Both the position numbers and the translations under genes were made by a program. Shown in pieces: positions 1 through 13,919 of a DNA stretch of 64,000 nt. Location: assembly GCA_965202585.1 (NCBI GenBank), contig OZ241827.1, positions 48,298,001 to 48,362,000 of the forward strand. Direction: 5' to 3'. Every line of letters starts with the position of its first letter. The stretch's first letter is position 1. The stretch is from Thalia democratica (Eukaryota). Under the pieces are notes generated by a model. It was not told the DNA's origin. It ran no database searches and was given only the letters and a program-made list of their open reading frames with translations.

Positions 1-345
1 TTTACGATTGTTAAGACTTTTTATAGATTTTATTTGAGTCGTGATTTAACAGTTTCTTTCTTCAGAACTAAAAATTATTATTTAGAATAAAGTAAATTGC
101 ATTTATATAAAGTGTGTTTTATTCATAACTTAGGAAAAAGTTTTATAATTTTTAATTGTAGCTACTAGTAATTAAAGCTGTCAGTTAGAAAGTTACTGGA
201 GACCACATAGTTAAAACATAAACATAAACCAATACTAAAATATAGCCTATTTGGTTAAAGAGGGACTTCAAATGAAAAAATCAAATTCAAAAAAACTACA
301 GCATTCTTATCATAAAAAAATTAAACTTAGTATATATTCTTCTTA

Positions 346-487
346 GCGGACCACATTTACATGCTCGCGGGCCGTAGAATTTTCTTTCGTGGGCCGCAAT
401 CCATTCAAAAAAAAACGTGCTCGCGGGCCGCAGATTTAGCCTTCAAGGGCCGCAATTGGCCCGCGGGCCGCAGTTTGCCGACCCCTG
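346..487 (-). mobile_element. hAT (Charlie/Buster-like) MITE, one end only
   Basis: Ends in GTTTGCCGACCCCTG (TIR CAGGGGTCGGCAAAC) with repeated GCGGGCCG subterminal motifs. It is the reverse complement of the left end of the element at 42882-43231. Confidence 0.65.
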
Positions 488-569
488 TGTTATAGTAAGT
501 TACGCTATCTACAATAGCAAACATTTAAGAATTGTTGTTGTTGAAAAAGTTTTGTTTTGGATAAGACAT

Positions 570-648
570 TAAAAGGTATTCGTGGTGTGCGACTCGATAA
601 CCGATAGGTTTTTTGTGCACCAGGTCCTAAGACCAAATGTTTTGAGTG
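570..648 (+). repeat. Unclassified ~80-bp dispersed repeat, copy 1
   Basis: TAAAAGGTATTCGTGGTGTGCGACTCGATAACCGA...GTGCACCAGGTCCTAAGACCAAATGTTTTGAGTG aligns by eye with the reverse complement of 30871-30952 and, more weakly, 10623-10698. Confidence 0.7.
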
Positions 649-2063
649 TTATTCTTTGTCGTTCAATTGACAGTAGTTATTTTTAGCATATCATGAGGGT
701 ATTTCATAAATAGAAATTTATTCTCTTGGAAAGTAGGAGTTTTGATTCGAACGCTTATTATTTCTGTCTCTTCATCAACAGGCTAAAATTCTACCTTCTT
801 GGATACAACACCTATTTTAATAAACACTCATGGTACATCAGTAGAAATAAATTGGTTTTTTAAACTCATGTTGACATTAAGGATGCTTCTGAAAATGTAG
901 TTTTAATTTTAATAAAGTATAACTTTAGTAATAAAGAAAACAAGTGTATTTGTTTTGTAGAAAAATATTTTCAAAATAAATTAGTTTATTGGTGATTTAT
1001 AAACTGTCTTATTTGTACTTAACTAATTAAAATCCATACTTTGGATTTTTTTTTTGTAGATCTTTCCATTTTCTGTTAATATTAGCAGACTACTTTCAGA
1101 TAAATAAAAGTAAGAAACTCATTAAGTTTTAAAAATAAAATTAATCGTTGTTTGATATAGTTTTTTAGTTTTTTACGCTTTCATACATTTTCATACTTAA
1201 TTGTAAAGGCTTTAAAGTAGGCCATAAAAAAATTTGATAAAATCAAGTTAAAAAAAGTTGTGGCTATAAAAAGTTTAACCTTATTAAAAATATGCTTAAA
1301 AGTTTATAAGGTTTAATTCAAATCAAATTTCGTTAATAGTAAACATTATTGTTTAATAATATTTATCTTAAAAATTTACTTAAATACTTCTGCAGAACAG
1401 TTAAGTTATATTTACAACAATTAATACTAAAGGGTACTAATTATCAAAATATTTAGATATTGTATAAAAGGGTACTAATAATATTAGACTAATATTTATA
1501 TATTAAAAAAATTGAACTAAAGTCCACACAGGTATAATAAATGTTACCAAACATCTTTGACGAACGATAAAATTTAATTTTACAAATCGATCTTTACAAG
1601 TTATTTACAAGATTAGTTTGTTTTAGTATTTTAAATAAAACCTTTTTGTAAAATAAATGTACTTTTCACATTACCAAAGTGTTGCATAAAAAATAAACTT
1701 ACTGTTAATAAACTAATCCAGTCCAGTAAGATCTAAATTTATTCTAATAATATTAAACTTTGAAATTCCAAGGTTAAAGTTTATAAAAAAAAAAGTATTT
1801 TTTAAGGAATTACAAGTTTAATACTTCAAACATTATTAGCTAATTCATATTTAATGCAAAACAAATAAATAAAACACTCTCTCAAGTTTTTTCTGTGATA
1901 GTTTATACGTATTACATTACTTTTCGTTAGAACTTAACAGTAGAACAAATTTAAAATTATGAAAAGTTTTTTAAACAAAAACACAAAAAGTTAAAACTAA
2001 CAAAGTAATGAGCAAAATAAATAATTAAACTCAAATACTACTAACGGATAAAAAATAGATAAT

Positions 2064-3254
2064 TTAACTAAATAAAGAGACTTTGTAATCAAATTCCTTC
2101 TGTTTACACAGTTCTGGTTTCTCCAAAAATATAGAGATAGCCTCCAACTTCACGAGATCAAACACACTATTGCAATGATGGATTATTCTAAATCTGGATA
2201 TGTCATATTTCCTAGTACAATCTCTATTATTTATTAGATGTTCTGCAACTGAAGATCTTTTTGCTGCGTTTTTTGTTGCTATTGTCTTAATTTCAGGTTC
2301 TTGTTCAATGAGTTTCAATACACAAGCAGGTAGATGTTCTTTTATCCTGGTTTTTAAGTGCCTAGAGGTCTGACCGATATAGCTCTTTTCGCAAGAGCAA
2401 TTAAACTTGTACACTATACAACTTTTGTCTTGGTCTGGTATCGGGTCCTTCAACTGCACTTTTAATAAAGATTTTGAAAGAAATATAACTCTTGGAAGCA
2501 CTTGATTGTAAGATGTTTTTGTTAAGTCTTTTACTTTGCTCTCAAATACTCGTGATTTTTCTCCAATATAAGGTATTTTTAAAATTGCTGTGAACTTCTC
2601 CGGTCCAAATAGCCTAGGTTGGTTTATGTTATTGTGGTGTGATTTTATCACCTTCTTAATCAAATCTGGTGGGTAACCATTTTTTATTAAAATTTCTTTT
2701 ATTCTCTCAACCTCTGAATGAAGTAATTTTTTCGAACAGATTCTGTATGCTCTATGGTACAGTGTTTTGATTAGGTTTACTTTTCGTTTCTTACTACAAA
2801 ACGATTGGTAGTGTAAGTATTGCCCAGTGAAAGTTGTTTTTCTATAGACATTCGTTAAGAAGCTTGTTTTATCTTTTATTATTAGTATATCTAAAAATGG
2901 TAGCTGGTTGTTCTCTTCTACTTCTCTAGTAAAAGAAATATTTTTATGTAAAGAGTTTAATTTTTGAAAAGTAGCTTCATTTTCACTTTCTATAACCAAA
3001 CAATCGTCAACGTATCTTATGTAGACAACCTGTGAAGACAAATCGTCAGCAATTTTGGATTCTAAATATCCGATAAAAATATTCGCAAGAGTAGGACCCA
3101 AAGGTGACCCCATGGCCACGCCGTCTATCTGACTGTAAATTGTATTATTGAAACTAAACTGTACATCACTCATTACTATTTTCATCAGCTTTATAAAATT
3201 ATTCTTCTCTAAGTTAGGTTTTCTTATTTCATATAATTTGTCAGCACTTACCAA
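2064..3254 (-). mobile_element. Penelope-like retroelement, 5'-truncated RT + GIY-YIG endonuclease ORF
   Basis: The 396-aa ORF has RT motifs QIDGVAMGSPLGP and YVDD, the PLE thumb region (FLDILI...TNVYRKTTFTGQYLHY) and a GIY-YIG domain (IVYKFNCSCEKSYIGQTSRHLKTRIKEH...LEAISI...KPELCKQKE). It starts at TTG after a stop, so the N-terminus is missing. Confidence 0.93.
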
Positions 3255-6200
3255 TTACAATTTTTTTTAACTTTTTGTGTAAGGTGGTCAACTAACATTT
3301 ATCTTGAACTTAAGCTAAGTGTTTAAAGTAATGTCGAAGACTTTATAGAAGTTAACTCTTAAAAACTAACCTTAATCAGAAAAACAACTTAAACTCTATC
3401 TTTAAAAGTAAAAAAAGTAGTTAGCGTGATTTATTCTTTCAAATATTTTTAATAAAACACATTATTGACATACGGCGTTTCGCTGCTCACAAAATAAAAT
3501 GAATAGCTCTACAGATTCTGAAAAAGATTAATTTACATTAACAAGCATGCAAGTTTATGTTTTAATGTGTTAGATATATGTGAGATACACATTTAGCAAT
3601 AAGTAAAAATCAAGCTGTAACCTTTTTGTATCAGTAAAGATAAGTTAGGAAAATTGTGCTTAAAGTTTAAAAAAACAATACAGTCTTAAGATAATATCTT
3701 GCTTAAGGTACAAACTATAATAAACATCAAATAATGTTGTGAAATATTTTAAACGAAAGAGCTTGTAAAATTATATAAACAACACATAAACGCGAACACA
3801 ATCCCTTACAAATAGATAACATAACGTATAAATAACAAATTTTCTATCCTTTCTATACCATCGTGGTATCATCTTTTAAATCTTTTGAAAACTTGTACTC
3901 AAAAGAACAAACAAATTGTGACCTTAATCAGGTTTTATTAATTATTCAAAGTTATATTAATTCATGATAGTTTACTTAGTTATATATATCTTTTAAATAT
4001 TATCTCTCTTTTAATTAGTATTGTAACAAAGTAATTTAATTTATGTTTTACATAGGTTGTCTGCGTAAAGTAAGTTTTTTAGTTCTATATTTTTTTGAAA
4101 ATTTAAAGGAATGATCTCAACCTTTTGTAACTAAAGTAATGTGTCGCTTCGGTACTAGCTTTGAACACAGCTTACCTAACTTTTGAACAAAAAAATGTAC
4201 CCAACCGGCAGTGCCTATCAATAAACTTTTGACTCTAACTACCTACATTAAGCCAAAAAAAAAAACTTATTACTAGAACTTAATCATGAGGTATGAAAAC
4301 TTAAGTTAAACTGTTCGTAATTTTGATTAAATAAACAAACTGTACTATATTTGTTTTAAGTATTGAGTTTGATATACAAGTTGTAAATTCATAACTTGAT
4401 TTCTGGTAACATTAGATTTAGTTTATTTAAGTTTAATACAATATGATTTATTTTTAAATGTAATACATTTTATTTCTATTTTTAGCTTAGTTTTATTAAA
4501 TTTATAAGTAAAAAATAATAATTTTGAACACAGCTTTTTTTCGGCTTAAAAGTTCATACCCAACCGGCAGTGTGTACCTAACAAATGCGTACTTAACCGG
4601 CAGATTACCTTAGTATGTTAAAACACAGATTTATAAGTTTTTATAAAAGACGCTTAATGTGTTGTTACTTTATATTTTTTGTTGCTTTTATACAAATAAT
4701 AATTTCTTAAAACAATCTTATTACTTATATGTTGTTACACTTATTTTTGTTAACAATAATACTTTTTTCTTTTGTGATTTTAATTTTAAAATTACATTAT
4801 AACAACTTATATCTGAGTCAAGTTATTAACATAGACTTATATTATTGTTCTTAAAAAATGACCTAAATTTAGAATGTCTTAACATATTTTCCACTGTAAA
4901 AAACCCTACAGCTCGTTTTTTACTTACAATTCTATGGATACATGACAATTCTAATTCCAACAATTCTAATTCCAACAACTCTAGTTCTTCCAAATAAACT
5001 TAAGAGATCATATCTCAAAAAAAATAATTTAAACAATTAATTTAGAATCCAAGTATTTTCGTTGTCTATGCTTTAAAAAAATTTCAAGAAAAAAAATTAA
5101 CATAAAATTTATAAAGTTGTATTTGATCTTATTTATTAATTTTATTTAGTTTAAAGGGTGTTTAAAAAAGTTAATTCTTCGTCAACTAAACAAAGCTCTT
5201 TTTAATGCAAGCTATTTTAAATTATTTCAATACTTGTAGATTAGAGATGTGTTAGTTTTATATTTTTATTTACATAAAGGCTACAAGTCAATGACCTATT
5301 TTAGTGCTAAACGTAATTTTCTTTCTATTCAAAAACAAATACTAATACTCTAGAGGTAATGTTTACTTTACATTAACATTCTCAATAAAAGCTTTTATGT
5401 GTAGTTGAGTATTTTCTAAATCATGTCGTCAATAAAAAACTTTATAAATAAATTATCAATTGCGTGACTACAAAAAATATTTTGTTTACTTTACCAAGTG
5501 ATTAGTTACATAAATAAATGTTTTTATTTATATAAAAAAGTTTATCTTTTTTACTAGATAAACTTTTTGAAATAACCTATAATTATGCTACAATCTACAA
5601 AAATTGAATGTTTTTGTTTTAAATTTTAACATTTTGTTGTTGGTTCTTGAACATTAGTTTTATAAATTGTTTAAAGACTTAAACATATATTTCTTCTTCG
5701 TAAAAAGTTCTTAATTTCTAGTATATATAATAGTAATAGTTAATCAAAAGCTTATATGTACTTGTTTTTCTTGTTGTATAGAGTTTAACAAAAAACATAA
5801 TAAATTTGTTTATAATTTAGGGTATTCTGTTAAATAATAACTAACTACCAATAACTTTGACTTTCAAAATATATATAGTCTTTTTTTAAATACTTTATTG
5901 CAAAACAACGTTAAAATTACTTAAATAAGTATTTATTTTTTATATTTTTATTAAAAGAAGAAACAAAAAAAAAAGATTTTAGCACAGATGGAATATTTGG
6001 TACTCAAAATATTTTACAGTTACTAGTTTTTTCAGTTAAAGTAGAAAAACCAGACTACTTGAAAAGAAATTACAAGCCACAGAATAGTTTCTTATTAAAA
6101 AACAGTAATTTGCAAAAGAACAGTATAACGTTATACAACTTTTTAAAGTAGGTGAAACTTATTGATTAATACGTAATTAACATTAGTGTTAAATGTTACT

Positions 6201-6603
6201 AAATAACATTTCTTTGTTTAACTTTTTACAGTTCTTTTTGTACCACATACATTAAAAAAAAAGATATCTTAAACAAATGCTAAAGTAGAAAAAAATAAGT
6301 TATTAGTTTTATGTAGTTTTTAGTTCATACTTGTTATAAGTTTCTATTATAATTTCTACTTTTCATAAAAGTCTAATTTTATCAAATTTTAATTCAATTT
6401 AATAAAACATATTTAGTCTAAGTATTTATACATTAAAAATTGAGTTTAACTGAAAACAACAACTGTAATTCTAACCTATTTTCGCATGATAAAAAGTTTT
6501 CAAAAGACTGTTGTAGTCTTAAATGTTACTTTTAAAAAAATTTTAAATTGTTTATATTGTAAAATTTATTAATTATATATTATTTTAAATTTTATAAAGT
6601 AGT

Positions 6604-8539
6604 TTACTCCTCATCAGAGGACGAGGAAGAAGATGAGGAGGAGTGATTCACAGCTCCTGCCGATGGTTTCTCTTGGTATTGGTTCAACGCAGCTTCTTGT
6701 GAATGTTGAACTTCTGCATATGTTGGAGGAAGATCAGATTGGAAGTGCAGTTGTGCTTGGTTCACCTTAAATTTTATAAAAAATCTTTAATTATCATATT
6801 TCGTTGAATTTTGGTTAAAACTCTAAAAAGTGTTTTATATACTTTAGGTTTTTTCTAATGTTTGATCTTTTAGATTTTTATTATTTCTAAATAGAGTGAT
6901 ATTGTAAAGATTATGAATTTCTCCAAACAGCTTCTTTTTAATTATTTCAGTCCCAACTATAAAAATTTTTTCATCTAAAGAAAACTTGAGTTATTATTGC
7001 AGAAAATAAGATTTTTAACATAATTACCCAATAAAAATAAATCGTTTTAATACTGCAAAATTATGCTTATATAAATACTTTAGTAAAGTTGAAATAATTA
7101 AATCGATAGTGATACTTTGTTTAAATATTTAAACTTTAATAATATGTCTGGAGAGGCAGTGGACTCGTCTCAATTACAACATAGCTAAAGTTTCAATACA
7201 CTTTCATTTTTTTGACATAAAGTGAATAAAAAATATTTTGTTATTAAAGTCTTATGCTTTTGATGAAATAAATTTAATTATTAAACAAAGTAAAAATGTT
7301 AACTAACATAAGCACAATATTTTTACCACAAAAAAATTTAATTTTTAAGTAACTTCAATATCAACTTAAATACCTGGTAGGCAACAGGTTGCGGAGCGAT
7401 GTTTTGACGCTCAACGTCAACAGTGTAAGCTGCCTGACGTGCGACTACCTCATCCTCCTTCGTGCAACAGCTAGTAACCGACTGACACAAACACATGCAC
7501 AATCCAACGAAAAAACAGAAAAGCACAAGCGGTGTCCAAAAATCTGTTAAATCCAATGTTTTGATAACATTACAAACAGAGGCTATTTGTTAACATACTT
7601 AATGTTTCGGAGCAAATTTTGATTTAAGAATTTTATGAATAATAAGTTAAAGTTCTTACAAATTAGATAAGTATTTATTTATATTAAAAGTATATCAATG
7701 TAGTTATTTAACTAACACCACAAGTACCACACAGGGGTGTACCAGCAACAATGAACTTCATCATCATAAATTCCCTGGCAGCAATACCCGATTGTTGTGG
7801 AAGTGTCTAAAAAATAAATATATTTTCTTGTTTTAATAAGCTGTATAAACTAAAGTGCTAAGTAATGACTTTAAATACAAAATACTAAATGTTTTGAGAC
7901 AGTCTAAAGAATAATTTTTTTGGCGAAAGTTAAATTATTTATGTTCCATCTTATTAAAGAAAAGTAGTTTTGATATTTTAACATTACTAAGAACAAAATT
8001 TTTAAGAGGCAAAAGTATTTTAATATTTATTCTTAGATATTTTTTATAAATTTTTTATAAATTTGATTATTTTTCAAACCTGTGCATATCAACAATGTAT
8101 CATTTTTCGGCTCTGGATGATGTACTACACACGAGTCCAAAGCCTAAAAAAGTAAACTTAACTTTTAGCGAAAGAACATAATTTGTTTAACAGCTACTTT
8201 TATAAAGGTTTATATTGTAACCTTTAAATTGAAGTTTGAAAATTAAAGTGGCAACTTTTAGAAGTTACTTTTTACTTTTTTAGTTATGTATATAGTTGAA
8301 TATAAAAACGCTTTAATCAAAAAACAAATTTTTAACATCTTATAAAAACAATTAAAAATATAAAAAAGTTTACAATCCAGTATTCTTATCTTACTTAGTT
8401 GTTTGTGTTAAAATTAGTTAGGAGTAAGTTAATTTATACTTAAAAGAAAACAATTTTTTCACAAACTCTAAATTAAAAAAATTACCTGCGCTCCAATCAC
8501 AAAACAAAGGACTGCTAAAACTTTTAAAAGTAAGTTCAT
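6604..8539 (-). CDS. Small type I membrane protein, Shisa-like/WBP1/VOPP1-type (179 aa, 5 exons)
   Basis: Exons 8539-8486, 8143-8080, 7806-7717, 7543-7374 and 6765-6604, all GT-AG and phase-consistent (540 nt). The protein has a signal peptide (MNLLLKVLAVLCFVIGAQ), a Cys-rich ectodomain (C..C..GYCC..HCCW), an aromatic WYLWYFW lead-in to a TM helix, juxtamembrane cysteines, a PPTY motif and a Ser-rich acidic tail. Confidence 0.85.
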
Positions 8540-10622
8540 GCTATACTACAAAAAATAAAACTAAGTTATCTAGACTTATAAAACCTTCAGTATTTTATTA
8601 CCTTTGTTTTTATCAAAAGACACAGTAAATATTTAATTATTAACCTTTCTCAGATGACATCTTTAATATGTAACTAGTGACATCATTATATTTGCGTTCA
8701 ATAGCTAGCTTAAACAAGATAACTCTAGTACAGTTTAGATAAAACATTTTTTCTCTAATGTTACGTTTTAAATTACCGTATTTTTCCATAAACATTTTAT
8801 AGCAAATTTTTTAATATTTCGAGAATAAAAAGATTATTTTTATTTGAATTTTGATACATAAAACTTTTATACCAATAACCATCTAGACATATTTTTACAA
8901 GGTTTTGTCTAACTAGTTTAGAAACTTCTAACAAAACAATAAAGAAACTGAGTATTTCACAAAAAGTTTTGAAAATTCCAACTTGTTATTGTAAATACTG
9001 AAAACAAAAATAAGTATAATAAACAAACAAGAGAAAATTAAAATTTTTAAGTAAATCAATATTTTCAGCAGCACCTCCTATAAAATAGTAATAAATATAT
9101 GTGAAGTCAGCTAACTATTGTAACATATCTCTTTTACAAGAGTTATACGACTTTTAATTAAAACAAGTTGTACAAACATGTTTTAGTTTACAACTTTACT
9201 ATAGCAAAAAGCATTCAAAAGTAAGTATTTCAATCCTTAAATTACTTCTTTTACAAGTCGGTGACCTATAGAAAACCTAATAAATTCTTCTATTAGATTA
9301 AACCGTTTGAAATATTTGTATAAACATTTTTAAGGCTTTACAGCATAAAAATAAAAGTGTTAAATAATTCAAAGTCCCGTCATCAATAAAAATGTTTGTT
9401 GTTGAAAATTTACTTATTTCCTTTTTGAACACTTTTAGACTTTATCTAAGAACCTTTATTTAACCATCACAAACATTGTTTGATATCAATAGATAGGTAG
9501 CTTAAAAGATATATAAATACAGGTCCTTTATACAACTTTTTAAATATGGCTTTAGATATCTTCAGCTATATAAATTATAAAATCTATACTTATAAAAACC
9601 GAATGCAAATAAAGATAAAATAGTTTTCTACCTAAAAGGTAGTAACTTTTGAAATTAACTATAACAAGTTACAAGTCCGTTGTTTGTCGTTAGATATGTT
9701 AAAGATGAAATATTTTTCAAACAACTATTTAAGACATAACTAATTTGTATGCATTCAATCGTTTAAGTTGCACGTTTTTTCTAGAGTATTCTTTAACTTA
9801 AAAACCCTTATAAAACTAAATTACACTGGTCTTTAGATTACTAGACTACTCAAAAAAATATTAAAATATTTACATAATAATAAGACTTTAACTAATAAAA
9901 AATTAAACTTAAAATAGTATTAATTATATAATTAGTTTTAAAAAATATAAAGTAAATTGGAATGCTTTTAACTTTGTAGGAAGTAAATATGATGTTTTAA
10001 AGTTTTGTACTTACCATATTAAAATGTTTTAGTAAAAAAAAGTAAAATGTTTTAACTTAAAAATTAACAAAAATTAAGTTTCTAATTATAAATATGTGAT
10101 TGGATGTACTTTTCATGGGTATTGTAGTATCACACTAATTTTTCTTAATAAAGAAAGTTTATAAAATTCTGAACATTTTAAAATATTTTTCTCACATACT
10201 TGTTTTCAGATTTTACTTTTAGACTTTAATTGAAATTTAGGACGTCCAAACTTATTAGAAAGAAAAAATTTCCAAGAAAAAAAGTAAAAGTTTTTCTAAA
10301 TTGGACTCCACGGCCCTTTATTTACTATAAAACAAAATAATAAATAATCATAAACAAAGTACAGAAACTTTATTTGACTTAGATAACCTTACTGTAGGTG
10401 AACTGATTTGTTTATTCATTTGATTCTTGCTACTTTAGCAAAATATTGAAATTAAAACATTGAGAAGAATTATTTTTAGCTCAGCACAAAATGAAATGAT
10501 TATTTTTAGAGTTGCGGATAACTCTACCTACAACATAGTTAAGTCACCAAAAAGTAATAATTTAAACTAGCCTAATAATATTTATTTTAGTAACTTAGTT
10601 TATTGAACACAATAAAAAAATC

Positions 10623-10698
10623 AGCGCTCAAACATTTCGGTCAAAGGACTCTATGCATAGAAAGATCTTTGGTCATCGAGCTACACATCAAGGGATTC
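10623..10698 (-). repeat. Unclassified ~80-bp dispersed repeat, diverged copy 2
   Basis: GCGCTCAAACATTTCGGTCAAAGGACTCTATGCATAGAAAGATCTTTGGTCATCGAGCTACACATC aligns with 30871-30940 (GTGCTCAAAATACTTGATCCTAGGACTTGGTGCATGAATAAAAACTTTCGGTTATCGAGTCGCACACC). Confidence 0.5.
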
Positions 10699-11769
10699 GA
10701 AACCGTTAACATACTCAAATGCAGTAACTTTATTTTAAAAGTTTTTTTTTGTTATATGTTTTAATATCCAGCTGTAATTAATGCAATACTTTAAGTGCAT
10801 GATGTATCAAAATATTATGATACTTTAATTCTAAACCAAAACAGCATGTTGCTTTAAAATACTTAAAGTAATGTATTTCGATACAAATCTTTTAATAGTT
10901 TTTTTTCTTAAAAGTTAAATTTTTACTCTTAAAAAAAATTATAACAACATTTTAAGTAAATAAGTAGTCTTTGGATATTCGTGGCTGCAATAGTACTGCT
11001 CAATTTTTACTGACTTAAATTTGAGTACTGTTTAATTTTAATTTAAACTGGTTTTAGCTTTACTTAAATATTCAAAACATCTACCTGTTGTATGCTTGGG
11101 TGGGATTTAAATTTCATATTCAAAATTTTGCGTAGTGATAGAAGTTTAAATACTATTACCGTATTGCTGTATTATTCCTCATTTGTGTAAATAAGTTTAC
11201 ATAATACTAATAAAAAAGATACTAAAAAAGTTCTAATGCAGCCAGCTCAGTAAAATTGATTATTAAAAAGTATTTTTTTACATAATTTCCACTGACCATA
11301 TTTGTGAGCCTCTATTCTTTTAAGGTTCACAAAACAATTTTCTCATACCTATTTGTTAATAAATCCTTTTAATATTTTAACTATTTTTGCTATTTAGTGT
11401 CAAAACTTTTTTTTTCTGTAAAAAAATCTTAATATCTTATTGTACTTTAATAATAAACATAACTATTTAAAAGTTTTCACATTGAGTTCCTTTATCAAGT
11501 TTAAAACAAGACTCGTAGTTAAAAACAGTTGAAAGTTTATTTATTTTTAAATATTTTTTTTTAATATAAATAGAAATTATGCAATGTTTTTAACTTAACT
11601 AGTCTAATTCAGAAGCTTATACTAACTAAATTATAATATTCAACGATAACAGAGCTTTATATTGACACTATTAAATTTAACATAGAACAATACAGATTAC
11701 AACTTGTTTAAATATAGTATTTTTAAACAACAAATTTCATAAACATAAAAAACTTTGTTTTGATAAAAA

Positions 11770-12110
11770 AAGACATCATTGATAAGTTCAGTTGTCACTG
11801 TGCTATAGATAAAGTGGGAAAAGATGTTGATATTATTTACAATTAGATCATCATGTGGCGAAAAACATTGAAAATTGGATCAAGACTGGAAAACTTGTTT
11901 GACAAACAAAGAAATTTTTTTGTTTGAAATTAAGTAGGTTGTATTGGACAATCATGAGTCGTCCATGATTTTATACCAATAACTTAACGTTTCATAATAC
12001 GTATGTAGTTTAGAGTTTTTTAGTTTTGCTTCAATATCCTAGATAGTATAACTATAAATCTAAAAACTCAATTCATTAAATAAATAAAAGAATATTTAAT
12101 ACATTTTTTA
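11770..12110 (+). mobile_element. Possible highly decayed PLE GIY-YIG remnant
   Basis: Fragmentary frames DIIDKFSCHCAIDKVGK and CIGQS resemble the PLE motifs VVYKFxCxCxxxYVGKT and SAIGQHL. Many stops and frameshifts. Confidence 0.3.
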
Positions 12111-13635
12111 CTTAAATGCGAAACAAAAAGTTATCGAGCTTTTTACAATTCTTATTAATTTTTTTAAAAGGTTATCGTTGTGTTCTACTTTTTTTTTGTA
12201 GCCTAAATATTAAAGCTGATGTTATAGAATCGATGTGTCAAATTCAGTACTTTAAAAATCTCTAACATTTATGCAGTTTGTTGTTTGAAATCTTTTATTA
12301 AAGTTATGCACTAATAAATAAAACAACTCACTACAATTTATCAAACTAGAAAGGTTATAAAACTTTTATACTAACTAATTTTAAGTAAAGAATTATATTT
12401 TTAGATATACTATGCTTTTTAGTGAGCACTTTACTTAAAACTTGTAAATAGATAGTTAAATAAATATTTTTAATACTAATTAATACTTATAAGTAAATAC
12501 GTTTTAACACAAATTTCAGAAATTAGTGCTAAAAAGGTATTCGACAGCAATAAACTAACAGAGACAGAAACTATTGTTGTACAGTTTTATCGAATATAGT
12601 CTATCCTATTTCTGGATAAACAAAAAATAAACTATTGTTAATAATTAACATTGTGTAATATATATCTAAAAATAAACTTGCTTTTAGGTATTTTTTTCAA
12701 ATTGTTTAACAGAAAAAAAAGAGTGTTTTTAGTAGATTAAATTTTGTTTTGTACCCGCTTAGAATAGACAAAAATAAATTCAGTATTTTGTCAAAAAAAT
12801 CTTTTATTCATTTTTCAATTGTATATTCAATCTAATGTAATATAATTTATTTATTTTTTTGTTTATACAAAAATAGACTATATTTGGTTAAACAGCTTAT
12901 TATATACACTTTTAAAGAAAATGTTATACAATGTAGTTTTGTTTGTAATTAGGTTTTAAAACGATTTTTTTATTACTAAAATTTTATAATAGAAATATTT
13001 TTCCATATAAAGAGTTGTTTTTATTTTAATTATTTAGTTTTTTTACTAGATAGTTGTCAAAATTGCTGCTATTTATTTTATTTTTTAAACATACTCTGAT
13101 TTAGTTTGCTTCTAGCTTGATTTATTATTGTTGAACATTCTAAAAGGTAAAATCTTTCCAATTTTTATACAATAGTAAATTATTTTTAATTTAGCTTGGC
13201 AGGCTCAGCTAGTTATCTTTTGTAATGTCAATCTATTTTAGCCAAGCTGGTTCATCCAAATGCACAATACTTAAAATGTAATGTATTCTAAATAATATGG
13301 ATATATTTCAAAATATTTTTGTGAACATTTTTAAAATTCATATTTAAATTTTCAATATTTTACTTTTTTATATTTAAATAATTTTAGTAAAAATGTGTCA
13401 TTTAAACTAGATACATATTTTTTACTTTATTTTTAAATTATTATGTTTTTAATTTTTGTATTAAACTTTAAATTTAAGAAAAGGTTGAAATGTCATTGTT
13501 TTATTGTTGTTGTTGATAAGTCTAAAATAGTTGAAATGATATCATCAGTTTCTTGTGAAATATGATGATAAGAACTTAGGTCATCAAAATTATAGACTTC
13601 TCAGAGCATAGCTAGAGTGTAGTTTTGAATATTTA

Positions 13636-13870
13636 CAGGGTTACCACTCACTCAGGGTACCCAGGGAAACTCAGGATATTTTAAAATTCTAGAAAATATC
13701 AGGAAGACTTAGACTAACTCTAGATAACTCAGAATATTATGGCATTTTTTTAAACTCAATTTGACTCAGGGTATTTTTGATTTCTTTAAACACCTTTAGA
13801 TAATTTAAAGATTTTAAAATATATCAGGGTAGAATTTTTTCTAGAATGAGATTTAGTTGATCCAGCTTGA
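13636..13870 (+). mobile_element. MITE fragment with CAGGGTTACCACTCA end and ACTCAGG subrepeats
   Basis: CAGGGTTACCACTCACTCAGGGTACCCAGGGAAACTCAGG. Related ACTCAGG-rich sequence occurs at about 52750-53035. Confidence 0.45.
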
Positions 13871-13919
13871 ATATTGTATAATTAATAATCCGCTTATAAT
13901 ATTTTATAAAAAAAATATG

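Noticed and set aside
570-648. HDV-like ribozyme interpretation of the 80-bp repeat
   Set aside because: No P1/P2/P3 nested pseudoknot or L3 consensus could be drawn in either orientation.
660-890. Coding-looking minus-strand frame (PVDEETEIISVRIKTP...)
   Set aside because: Interrupted by two stops, no recognisable motif and no upstream exons found.
1915-1945. CTGTTAAG...CGAAAA downstream of the 2064 PLE as a decayed hammerhead
   Set aside because: Two core mismatches and no helix I or III pairing. No credible 3' ribozyme was found for this copy.
4945-4995. 15-bp tandem repeat giving an NSNSN-rich frame
   Set aside because: Under three units, with no connected exons or other support for coding.
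6604-6620. CTGATGAG hammerhead-like core on the minus strand
   Set aside because: It is simply the S-D-E-E-stop coding end of the Shisa-like gene; no helix II or GAAA follows.
10685-10705. GGATTCGAAACC as a tRNA B-box or tRNA gene
   Set aside because: No A-box or cloverleaf; the better-preserved copies of the repeat have GGATACC here. No tRNA, rRNA or snRNA gene was recognised in the window.
12210-12245. CTGATG...TCGA...GTC after the putative 11.8-kb PLE remnant
   Set aside because: Needs deletions in both core strands and helix I does not pair.
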